Assembly: GCA_028534125.1 (NCBI GenBank)
Contig: CM052834.1
Coordinates: 744,001 to 808,000, forward strand
Reading direction: 5' to 3'
DNA from: Lama glama
Lineage: Eukaryota
DNA: 64,000 nucleotides
Shown here: in pieces, positions 49,105 to 59,322 of the stretch
How the letters are laid out: each line of letters begins with the position of its first letter
Numbering within the stretch: position 1 is the stretch's first letter
The notes under the pieces: model-generated
The model's database searches: none
What the model saw: only the letters and a program-made list of their open reading frames with translations
What the model was told of the DNA's origin: nothing
Made by a program: the position numbers and the translations under genes

Positions 49105-49254
49105 GGCCTTTGTGACAGAATCTGACTTGCTGTCTGATCCCTGTGCACTGACTGCCAGGGTGTGGTTGGGAGACGTGTAGACAAAGGGGACTCAAAAAAA
49201 TTAGGATGGAAACTAGCCCAGAAGCGCTGAGTTCAGCCCAAGAACCGGAGAAAG

Positions 49255-49398
49255 ACGCTTGGCTGAGACGCCGGCCGCACGTCATCTGGGAGCGTGTTGG
49301 AGACGCGTCTCAGGCCCCATCCTAGACCAGCTGGGCCAGAATCTACGTTTACCGAGGTCCCCGGCGACCCGTACGCAAATTCAAGCTTGAGAGGCACG
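49255..49398 (+). mobile_element. MER5A1 fossil, GC-shifted
   Basis: tcatctgggagcgtgttggagacgcgtctcaggccccatcctagacc...cagaatctacgtttaccgaggtcccc...caagcttgagaggcac. Confidence 0.8.
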
Positions 49399-49499
49399 TC
49401 CTTAGGGACGCTGAATCCCGCTCTGCAAACCCATGGGGCCGGGACGGGGGACCCAGTGAAGCCGGCGGCCACTCGTGCCCTCGCTGTGGAAGCAGACAT

Positions 49500-49648
49500 A
49501 GTGAGCAGCTGTGCCCACCGCGCAGTGCCCCGGCGTCCTCATCTGTAAGACAGGGTGACAGCAGTGCCTGCCTCAGGGGTCCTGAGGGCCCCGAAGAGCA
49601 AATACACGTGAAGTTCTCAGGACAGCGCCCGGCGCGCAGAGACTACTG
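49500..49648 (+). mobile_element. MIR SINE, 3' part
   Basis: tcctcatctgtaagacagggtgacagcagtgcctgcctcagggg...aatacacgtgaagttctcaggacagcgcccggcgcgcag. Confidence 0.8.
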
Positions 49649-52039
49649 TGCACGGTCTAGGCGGCTGGGCGTCAGGATGGGCGTGAGCCAGAATGGTGGA
49701 GCGGAGCCGGAGGCGGCGTCCGCACCGGCTGTGCACCCAGCGGCCTCTGCTCAGCCTGAGAGACACGCCTTTGTCAATCACCCCTCCTCTGTCCCCTCCC
49801 CACCCCACCTGACACGGTGCCCAAGGAGCCCCGCAGACAGAATCGGGAGTCCGACGCTTCACCTGGTCCCGGTCTGAGCATGGCCCCCCACCAGGCAGGC
49901 GCATCCTACAGGCAGTGCGGGGGGACGGCCCGCCAGCAACTGCACCATCTCCTGACCCCCTACCAGAGAAAAAGCCTTCGAAATAAGCCAGCAATTTAAA
50001 ACCCCTAACCCATGACGCCCTGGGCAGAACAATTAGCCCGAGGTGCTCCAGCTCTCGGCAGCCCCTGCAGCGCGCGGCGTCAGGTTGGTGCCCTGCCCAG
50101 CGGCCGAGACGGTGAGGACGGAGCAGACCGGCCTGGAGCCGGGCCAAGCCACTTCCCCGACTGCGCAGCTCCAGGGTCAGCGCCCCCTTGCCCAGCGCAG
50201 AGTGAATCAGGGGTTTCTGGGGAGTCGGAATTCCGAGCAGTAGGGAAAGGAGGAAAAGAAGAAGCAAGGACAACAGCCTGGGGCCTCGAACGGCGTCTCC
50301 TCTGTGTCCCCGCCTCGGGAACGGCTGGAGAGGGGCAAGCACTGCCTGGGGAACCAGCGTAGGGACCACCAGGACCCTGCCCGGGAGACAGGAGGGCGGC
50401 CCCAATCCCACCCAGGCCGCGGCCCACGGCGCGGGGCACCGAGAGGCCACCTTCCAGGGACGTCAGGCGCCGCGGGTGTCAGACTGTCAGCGAGCCCCAC
50501 CCACAGCCTTCTGGCCCTTCCGTCACTCAGCCTCCCTCCTGCGAGGGGGCCCCCGCCCCCCTCACCAAGCCACGCTCTCCATCACTTTTCACTGGACTGC
50601 TTGGGCCAGCAGGTCAGCGCGGTTACAATTCTCAAGGGCAGAGCTCTGCACACGCGCAGGGCGGGGCCCACGAGGCTCCTCTCTAAACTGGATTCCCCGT
50701 GTTAACACACACGGAGCACTGCTGTGAAAAGCACCAAGGAAACCCCGATTCAGGCCCTGGGATCCAGCAGCCCGGGTCGTCTCCCAGGCCCAAGGCCGGA
50801 CGACCGCTTGGTGAGTGGCCCCGGGGCTGAGGACCGTCCACCCAGCTCTGGTACGCGTGGCAACACTCTCAGGTGCCTGGGCCCCTCAGGACTGTTCGAG
50901 GCAGACGCAGGTGACGCCCCCGCCCTCACTTCTCACCCAAGTGCACGCCACCAAGCTGCCCACTGCCCCACGGGCTCCCTCCTCCCAGGAACGGGCAGGG
51001 CAGCAAGTCGGCCACAGGAGCGCACGTCGCACGTGGCCAGTGACACGGAAGACGGATAATCGGGAGGTGCCAGAGGTCACCAGCAGGAAGGGCGACCCGC
51101 CTGCAGGACTTCCCAGCGTTCCCGTCTTCCCCACAGACGCTCCCTGACGACTGACTTGTCGGAAGGGTAGGCCGTCCAACGGGCAGAGTCCCCGTCACGG
51201 GGACACGCTCCTGGGCAGTGACCAGGACACTCAGTCCATCGAAGCTCGGGAAGTTCCAGGAAATGCTAGCAACCGGTCTGAGCGGGAAGCACGGGAAAAA
51301 GGCGGATAGTGTTGTCAGACAGGAGACAGAAGAGCGGGGATGGGGAGGGCACGTGCCAGGGAGCTGGACTCCCACCACTGCCAACCTGCTGCCACCGGGA
51401 CCCAGGGCCGCCTCGGCGTGCAGTGGGGTTGAAGTCCAGCAGCAGAGCCTAGAAAACGCGCGTCTGCCGAGGGATCCCTTTGGGGCCTGAGCGCAGTGTG
51501 GAGAGGGGCGCTCCCCCCCCACGCCCACCCCACGCCCACCCCGCGGTGAGGGGGCGCCCTGGACGTGGAGCCCTGAGCCTGCAGCAAACTCCTCCCTCCT
51601 CCCTTCACGTGCTTGAGGGAGCAGTTAGACTCCAAAGGTCTTTTCAGGCCAGAGAAAACGCCTCCAGCTCCCCAGCACGAGGCCTGCGGGAGTCCCCCAC
51701 CTGCCCGTCAGAGCCAAGCTGGGGGCAAAGGTCTCAATGGCGCCAAGAGGCCCTGGGCCGGGAACAGCCTCTTCACAGGCTACCAGCCCCTGCATCTACA
51801 ATCAAAATCAAAACTCCCCAGGCTGACTGTGCAAGGCTGCAGAATGCTGAGAACTCTGAGATGAGTTCTCCTCATCGGCAATGACCAAGAAGAGTCCCGT
51901 CTCCGAGGTCTGATGGAGGAGCAGAGCTCCCCCCAGGGCAAACCCGGGCCCATCGCCAGGCCGGGCGCAGGTGACTGAGAGAGTAACATGGACTCACGGC
52001 CACAGTTCAACAGAATTTTAAACTGCCGCCAGACGGGTC

Positions 52040-53252
52040 CCGTGGACACGGCGACAGGTTCTTCAGGCTTAAAGTGGCAGGGTCACCACGTGTTACAGAC
52101 AAGAGACGGAGCCGGTTGACCCACACACAGCACAGACGGACACACTGCCTCCTTCGGGAAGGAAAGACCGACCTCAGAGAGCCAGGGGACAGCAGTACGT
52201 GCACCTGCGCCCGGACGCTGGGTGTTAAACACCTCTCTCCTAGAAAAGGAACCAGGCCCCGTGCAGAGGCGTTTCATTTCAGGGCTCGAGCAGGGGAAAT
52301 TCAAGATGATCTCGGAGCATCTTGTGGCCCGAAAGCAAGAAAACGCTTGAGGGAGGAGGAGGCACGTGGGAGGGCACAGGAGCTGACCTGAGAGACCCCC
52401 CCCCGACGGCCACAAATGAACGGCGACGACAGACAGGCACAGAGGTCCTGGGTCACAGCCCATAGGACGAGCTGAGCAGGCGAGGGACACAGACTCGTTG
52501 CTGAATAAAGATGCACTGGGGGCGGAGAGACAGCTCTTCCAGACAGAAGAACTCCGGTAACAGACGTGGAGGGAAGGGGCCCAGAGGAAACGCCACGAGG
52601 CTCACGCCAGGGCTGCTGCTGCAGGGGTCTCCCCCAGTGGGTGCTCAGCTGGGAGCAAAAGCTTATGAAACAGGATGTCTGCATCATCTCAAAATACCTC
52701 CCCCAGATGACTTATTAATTAGCACTGGGGAGATGGCAGCCTTACAGTCAAGAAACTCAACAGACACCACCTTCACTGAGGGATGAAAACTAACAGCGCC
52801 AGGAAGCAGGCGCAGTGATGTTTGTCCCGACAGGATAGGTCACGAGGGGTGCGTGGCGTCTGCGACACTCAGAAGCGATGTGTGTATTCAATAAGCAAAG
52901 GTGCAGGACTCCGCCTAATCGCGACGGCCTTCAGACAGACCCACGGCAAGTGGCATCATCAAAGTAACGGCCGTGCTCTGCGAGTGCCCAAGGCAGGCCA
53001 CACCAGGAAAGCCTGGGGCAGGCAGACGGAATGACTAAACGCCACGTGGGGCCCCCGATCAGATCCTGGGCCAGAAAACGCACGTAGGTGGGGAAGCTGG
53101 TGAACTCCAGATGAAGTCTCTGCGGAACCGAAGGCACTGCACCGACGGGAACTTCTCACTTTTAATCATCGTGTTATGATCGTAGGAGATGCTAATTAGA
53201 GGGAGCTGAGGGTTCCTCAGCACCATTTTCAGCTTTCATGGGAGCCTAAAAT
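52040..53252 (+). mobile_element. L1MC/L1MD-type 3' UTR running into the gap
   Basis: aaaaggaaccaggcccc...ttcagggctcgagcaggggaaattcaagatgatctcggagcatcttgtggcccgaaagcaagaaa and the terminal ggggaagctggtgaactccagatgaagtct...gatgctaattagagggagctg match the L1MC/MD 3' end. The 5' boundary is approximate. Confidence 0.75.
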
Positions 53253-53452
53253 NNNNNNNNNNNNNNNNNNNNNNNNNNNNNNNNNNNNNNNNNNNNNNNN
53301 NNNNNNNNNNNNNNNNNNNNNNNNNNNNNNNNNNNNNNNNNNNNNNNNNNNNNNNNNNNNNNNNNNNNNNNNNNNNNNNNNNNNNNNNNNNNNNNNNNNN
53401 NNNNNNNNNNNNNNNNNNNNNNNNNNNNNNNNNNNNNNNNNNNNNNNNNNNN
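53253..53452. other. Assembly gap (200 N)
   Basis: Run of N. Confidence 1.
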
Positions 53453-54089
53453 GTGTTCGTGGTTGCCCTACGTTCCATCCTGAGCTTCGACCTCGCCGTG
53501 GACTGGTAACTGCGCTCCTGGCTGGGGACCACGTTTTGAGCAGCACGGTGCTAGGTTTTCACAATTTACCAAAAAGAACAGAATCAAAACCCCTGCTGCT
53601 CCCACCTGGTGAGCATCCTGGGTGCTGGGACCCAGTTTCACACCTGGCTGGTGGGTGCGCTGACCGTGCTCACAAAACGGGGAACCAGGAGCTGATGGTT
53701 CCACTCGCTGCTCTGACTTTAAACACAAAATCAAAAACAAACCCTCAGAAGTGTGTTTGTGAGCCCAGGCAGGTCACTTGCCTCTGACCGCCGTTTCCTC
53801 GTAATTAAACTGGGAAAGCAGCGTGCCCCCGGGGGCCTCTCCCTTCGGAAGGGGCTGGGAAGGCACCTCGGGGTCGGACAGATCCGGCCGCTGCAGCCTC
53901 CTGAGCTCAGACGCAAAACGCAGCCCCGAGGGTCCCCGACACCGGTTCACTCATAACCCCAACACCCAGGAACCCTCCCTCCGCGGCTCCCGGACCCAGA
54001 CAGCAACCTGCCTCCTGGGGCGCTGGACACACGACCCGGAGCCAGGAGCCCGGAAGCACCCGCATCCGGAATCATCGGACCGACAGGCC

Positions 54090-54188
54090 GACACTGAAGA
54101 AGAACACGCGCACACGTGCGACTGGGTCACCCTGCTGCACACCCGGAACTAACACAACGCGGCTTCAATTAAAAAGGAAAAAAAAAAT
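54090..54188 (+). mobile_element. Extreme 3' tip of an artiodactyl L1 with A tail
   Basis: tgaagaagaacacgcgcacacgtgcgactgggtcaccctgctgcacacccggaactaacacaac...cttcaattaaaaaggaaaaaaaaaa. Confidence 0.75.
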
Positions 54189-54349
54189 CACCAGATCAAG
54201 GCAGCTGTTTGATACTTGAGTGGATGGGACTTAAACTCACATTTTTAAAAATTCCTGCTGTAATCCGTCCAATTAAAGAAGCCATAGACGGCACACATAC
54301 TCATGATCGTACGTGCTCATGAGAGAAAAAAACGCTGCCAACTGTTTTG

Positions 54350-54447
54350 CAACACACCCTCTATCGTAAAACGCATTCCAATTTTAGAGAAATTAAAATT
54401 TAGGGGGAAATGTGTGTCTCAGAATCAAGTGAGTCAATGAAATGCAG
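54350..54447 (-). mobile_element. TcMar-Tc2 (MER104/Kanga-like) DNA transposon end
   Basis: atcgtaaaacgcattccaattttagagaaattaaaatttagggggaaatgtgtgtctcagaatc matches the reverse complement of the MER104-type terminus as I recall it. Confidence 0.6.
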
Positions 54448-55938
54448 CAGGTCAACCCCAACCGTCTGGCGCTTCCTCGCAGGGGCCGGTGGTCCCCGGC
54501 GGTAAAAGGACCTCTGGTCTCTCCTGCCTGGTCAGCACTCTGGCCAGGGTCCTCAGACGGAGAGGCCTGGGGTCTTCAGGAGGGAGGGAGACGGAGCTGC
54601 GGGTGGTGACCCCAGGCACCGGCGCGTCCGGGTGCGTCCCGGGACCGCGTGCGAGCCTCTCGCCAGGACAGCATCAGGACTGCCGTCCTGCAGACTCGGG
54701 AAGGGTCGAGAACCTGCCAAAGGTTCGTCCAGGGTGGAGCTGGGCTGCAAACCGACCACAGAGCCCACAGCGTGAGTCACGCCATCGGGAAACCCCTTTA
54801 GCAACGCAGACTCCACGCTGAGCACCGAAGTCTCGAAATGCTACCATCCTCGGCAACCCTGACCTGGACGCAAGGTCAGTGTCACAAGGATCACGTCTCC
54901 AGGAAGCTGGTCTTGGTGGGAGGAGGGGGTGGAAGGACAGGACGTCCCCACAAAGTAAGGAAAGGCTCTCAGAGCGGGGGGGGGGCGGGCCGGGGAGATG
55001 GTGGTCGGCCCGGCGTTTCGGAGGGAACGCTCGCTCATGGCCTCCTGCACACCCAGCCGCGGCGGCAGCAGGTGGGGCCGTGCCTGCGTCGGGCCCAGGA
55101 CGGGTGTATTTTCAAGCCTTTGGCAAGTCCAGGGTCTCCCGCGTGGCCGGGACCAGGAGGCTGCACTTCCTCAAAAACACCCGGGTCTGTTTTTTCAAAT
55201 AAGCGAACAGCAGGTGCACACGCGGGTGCCAGCCGTCCAGGCAGACGGTCCTGAGCGGGCTGGGCAGCCCGGCTTGCGGGCCTCTGCTTTGGCGAGGCCC
55301 TCGGACCAGCAGAGAAGAGGGCGGGCGGGGGACATCCCTGACCTCACACCCGGACCAGCCGCAGAAGCAGGACGGTGGGTGGAAGGGGGCGTTTCCGCGG
55401 CTCCAGCCCCGGGGGTCTGCTCGGCCACCAAGGCCCCGGGCTGCCCTCGCCTGCGGGAGCATCCAGTGCGCTTAGGGTGATTGTGGAAAGGAGACGCCGC
55501 CGGGCAGGTTTATAAAGTGGATCATCAGACACAAGCTCGCCGGAGGCACTGAGCGCAGCACGGTGTAGACGCAGGCCTTCCCTCGCGGCACAAGCCCACA
55601 GCACACGACACACTCCGGGCCCAGGGGCTCGTGTCCTCGGAAGGCACGTCCCAGTCCTCGGCCCTGCGACACAGGCCACCCCACCCCGACGCGGAGGCCG
55701 CCAGACTCGGGCCGGTCCACCCGCGGCCAGCGCTGCCACGATTAAAGTCAGCTGGAATGACCAGATTCCTGCCCAGCCCTCGCGTTCCTGTTGTTCCAAC
55801 AAAACAGATCTTCCTAAACGTATTTCACGTATCGCTGCAGCCTGGACATCAAACGTCTCCCAGGGTGAAATTAAATACAGCATTTTATCTGGAACAGGCC
55901 GCCTAACTCGATTTCCCCCAGCACTGACCCGCGGAGAC

Positions 55939-55954
55939 CCGCCCCTTGGTGGCT
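55939..55954 (-). promoter_or_regulatory. Candidate CTCF motif
   Basis: Minus strand GCCACCAAGGGGCGG versus CCACCAGGGGGCGC. Motif match only. Confidence 0.35.
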
Positions 55955-56212
55955 AACGACGCTGGGCTCCGAGCCGAACTTACAGCCTCCCTCCAGGCTC
56001 CTGAGAACCCCCCGCCTCTCTGCCCCGGTTCAGGCACTTTGCGGGTGGAGAGGCCAGCTCGCCCCTTTGCCTCCTCGGCCTGCAGAGCCTCTCCAAGGCC
56101 CTGGCGAACAGTCCTGCACCGCCGGAAACACAACTTCCTGCAAAAGACGAGTGAGCTGCCACGGCGCGGGCGCCCTAGCCAGGGGAAGGGGTGGCTCCCA
56201 TCCGGATGCTGC

Positions 56213-56395
56213 CATGTGTCCCTGCATGTCCCTGCGTGTGTCTGCGTGTCTCTGCATGTCTCTGCATGCTCCTGTGTGTCCCTGCAAGTCCCTGCTTGTC
56301 CCTGCGTGTCCTTACGAGTCCCTGTGTGTCCCTGCATGCTCCTGTGTGTCCCTGCGAGTCCCTGCATGCTCCTGCGTGCTCCTGTGTGTCACTGC
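56213..56395. repeat. 10-bp minisatellite, about 18 copies (CCTGCRTGTC consensus)
   Basis: 17 exactly phased decamers from 56221 to 56390 with no indels. Confidence 0.98.
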
Positions 56396-57089
56396 TCTTC
56401 ACCTGACAAGGCAGTGGGAGAGCCAGCAGGCCAGGAACCCTGCTCTCGGTAACCATCACTGGACACCCAAGCTCGCTCCAAACCCGGAAGCCTTGTGCTC
56501 ACAGCAGACGCAGCAATGAGACCCAGAAAGGACGGGGGCCCCACGGTCCCGGCCTGGGTGCAGCCTGGGGACCTCCCACACGCAGGCCCGGCTGTCCGGC
56601 AGCCCTCTCCCCGGCTCAAATGTGAGGACGGTGTGCCTCCAGCCGGCAGGCCCAGCAGCCGGGACCCGGGCTCGCAGCAGCAGCAGCCCCTTCCTGAGGG
56701 CCCGCGTGGGGCAGGGCATCTCCCTTCACGTCCGAGACAACCCGGAGCGAGGAAGCTGTCCCAGGTCACGCAGGCCCTGAGGGTCACAGCGGCACCTGGA
56801 GCCTGGTCTTTCTGACTCCAAACCTGACCACACCGTGCGGCCCCGCTGACAAGCTAACACCCCCCTCCCCACAAAGGCGTCGCTGAGAAATGGCGCTAAA
56901 CCACCGCCGCATCCAGAAGGAAAGCCGGGCGCAAAGTCGTAGGTGAAGTGAGACTGTGTCTGAGTGTGAGGAGTACACGGCACACGTGCAAAGAACACGT
57001 CTAAATCCACGGTGGAGATTTTAAGTTTTCTTCTTTATAAATTCGCTTTTCCAAAATATTAAAATAGACGATCCTTACTAATCTGAATT

Positions 57090-57490
57090 AGACGTTTTCG
57101 TTGTGGCAGCACACACACACATTCGCCGTCCCGGCCACCTCTAGGTGCGCAGGTCAGAGACGCCGAGCACTCGCACTGCCGGCAGCCAGCCCCGCCACCG
57201 CCTCTCCAGAGCTAACCCCCCGCCCCCACGGGCAGCACCTCCTCGCTCCCCCTCCCCCAGCCCCTGGCGCCCTCCGCTCTGCTCTCTGCGTCCACGGGCT
57301 GGACGTTCTCGCGTTTGTCTCTGTCTCTGGCTTATTTCACTGAGAGCATCGTGACCTCAAGGTCCATCCACGTGGCAGCAGGTGACAGAACCCCCTCCTC
57401 TTGCACGCACGGGCCACGCTGTGTCAGCCCGCCGTCCAGGACGCTTGGTTTGCTTCCATTTTTGCTGCTGTGAACACGGGTGCACAAAAG
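57090..57490 (-). mobile_element. L1MA/L1MB 3' end, antisense, strongly GC-shifted
   Basis: ccctcccccagcccctggcgccctccgctctgctctctgcgtccacg, and tctggcttatttcactgagagcatcgtgacctcaaggtccatccacgtggcagcaggtgacagaa. Confidence 0.85.
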
Positions 57491-57640
57491 CTTTTTTTTA
57501 AACACCTAAACTTCACTCCTGTCATTTACGTCAGCAGCCGGTGCTACTGCGGATTAACGTCAGGACCCGTCTTCCACTGGCCCCGGCCTGGAGCATGGCG
57601 AACTCTGCCCGGGGTCTGCAAGTTTGCCTCTGTCTTCAAA

Positions 57641-57720
57641 CCAGCGGTTCAGCCTGGCCGGACCCTGGAATCGCCCAGGGGCATTTCATAAAGGACACCG
57701 GCGTCCAGCCCCAGCCTCCG
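57641..57720. mobile_element. MER5-family fragment
   Basis: cagcggttcagcctggccggaccctggaatcgcccaggggcatttcataaaggacaccggcgtccagcccc. Confidence 0.55.
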
Positions 57721-58984
57721 CGCCGAGGCAGAGGAAGCGGTACGCCGCAAAACGCGTCTGCAGGGGCACAGTCGTTCCCCTAGACTCTCCTCACGGGGGC
57801 CTTCCCTTTATTTACAAGGTGTCTGTCCGTGGGTAACTTCTCTCTTTTCTCCCATCAAGAACAAAAAGGCTTTGACAACCGGTCAGTTAACCCAGTAGCT
57901 GGGCTGATTACATCTCAACCGAGAAACACCCGCTCCAGGCCGCACCTCCTGGGTCTCAGCCTCTCTTCTCACTGTGCACCGAGAGCCTGCTCCGTTCCTG
58001 GAAGGAGCCGACCTGAGGGAGCAGGTGGGGAGGCACTTCCAGGCCCACGCAGTCTCGAGGGCGTCATCACTGAGTCCTCCTGGACGGCGGGGCCAGGAAG
58101 GGCTCCAGGACTCCCTGGAGGAGACAGAGGGCGGGTCCGCCCTGCGCTCCTCCACCCTGACGCCCTGGCTCTTGCCCGCGACTCCCAGGACAGACAGGTG
58201 TAGTGTCCCCACCAGCAGTGAACAGAGTCAGTCACACGGCCTCCTTGCGGGGAAGGTGTCACCACAGTCCTTTCGTGCCACATGAATGTGCCACCTTTTA
58301 CAAACACACAGATGAAAAGGCAAAGCGACTGCTCAGGAGCTGACCCCTGGGCGAGCCGGCGGGAGGAAGGGGGCCGTGTCCACCTGGCCTGACCGCTGGG
58401 GTGTCACCGGGGCCTGGCTCCTGAGAACAGTCCAGGGCGGCGTGGGGGCCACGAGGGCTCCGACCACTGTGCACCCTCGCGAGGCGCCCCTCCCTGGAGG
58501 CGACATGTGACAGTGACTGTGATGCAGGGTCTCAGAGCCCCTCCTCCCAGGGGAGGCGGAGGCACCCTCGAGGGCCCCGGCCTGCCTGCCCCTTCCTGCG
58601 GCCAGAGCGGGGCCCCACAGCTCCGAGCCCCGGGTTCCTGCTCTGCAGTCAATCTCACAAGGTGAGTGTGAGGGTAAAGAATGGCCAGACAGAGCAGCAG
58701 CTGCCGGGCACCCAGCGGTCACTTCACGCTCCTGATGCGCCGCAGCCCTGCGATCATGGCCCTTCCCTTACAGGCGAGGAGCCTGAGGGCCGGGGAGTCC
58801 AGGGAGGCAGGCCTGTGAGTGGAGCCTGGCGCCCTGCACCACCGCCCAGCCGACCGGGCACGTCCCCTGGCGTGGGCCCACTCCCCAGCAGGACTCGGGA
58901 TTCGGAGCCCCGCTGACCACCCGCAGGGAAGGTGCCCTGATCCCACGCGTCCCGAGGGCCGGGAACAGGGGGACCTGGTTCTCG

Positions 58985-58999
58985 TCCACCAGGTGGAGC
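58985..58999 (+). promoter_or_regulatory. Candidate CTCF motif
   Basis: TCCACCAGGTGGAGC, one mismatch to CCACCAGGTGGCGC. Motif match only. Confidence 0.4.
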
Positions 59000-59231
59000 A
59001 GACCCTGAAGACTAAGGGCCTGGCGGGAGGAGGGGCCGTCTGTCTGCAAACCGAGAAGTCAGGAATGTGGAGCGAAACTACACCCCCCCATCCCTGTCCC
59101 TGCGGTCAGGGCCCGGGGGCCTGGGAGAGGGAGTCCAGCGTACGGCCCCCACCGACGGACAGACAGACCCACAGCTCCAGGGAGAGCCCCTGTCCGGGTC
59201 GCCGGGTGGAACAGACTCCCCGAGAGCCTCA

Positions 59232-59322
59232 CTCATTAACATTGGCGTTGCCATGACAACGAGCCGTTGCCAGGGAGCCGCCAACTAGGAGAGTGAGAAT
59301 CAGCGAGGCCTAAAAATAAAGC
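59232..59322. promoter_or_regulatory. Enhancer-like cluster: inverted CCAAT, two RFX X-boxes, MEF2 site
   Basis: ATTGG 59241-59245, GTTGCCATGACAAC 59247-59260 (13/14 to the palindromic X-box), GTTGCCAGGGAGCC 59266-59279, and CTAAAAATAA 59310-59319. Confidence 0.55.

Noticed and set aside
55903-56519. Repetitive Cys/Val-rich and Thr/Gln/Gly-rich ORFs
   Set aside because: Translations of the 10-bp minisatellite. The unit is not a multiple of 3.
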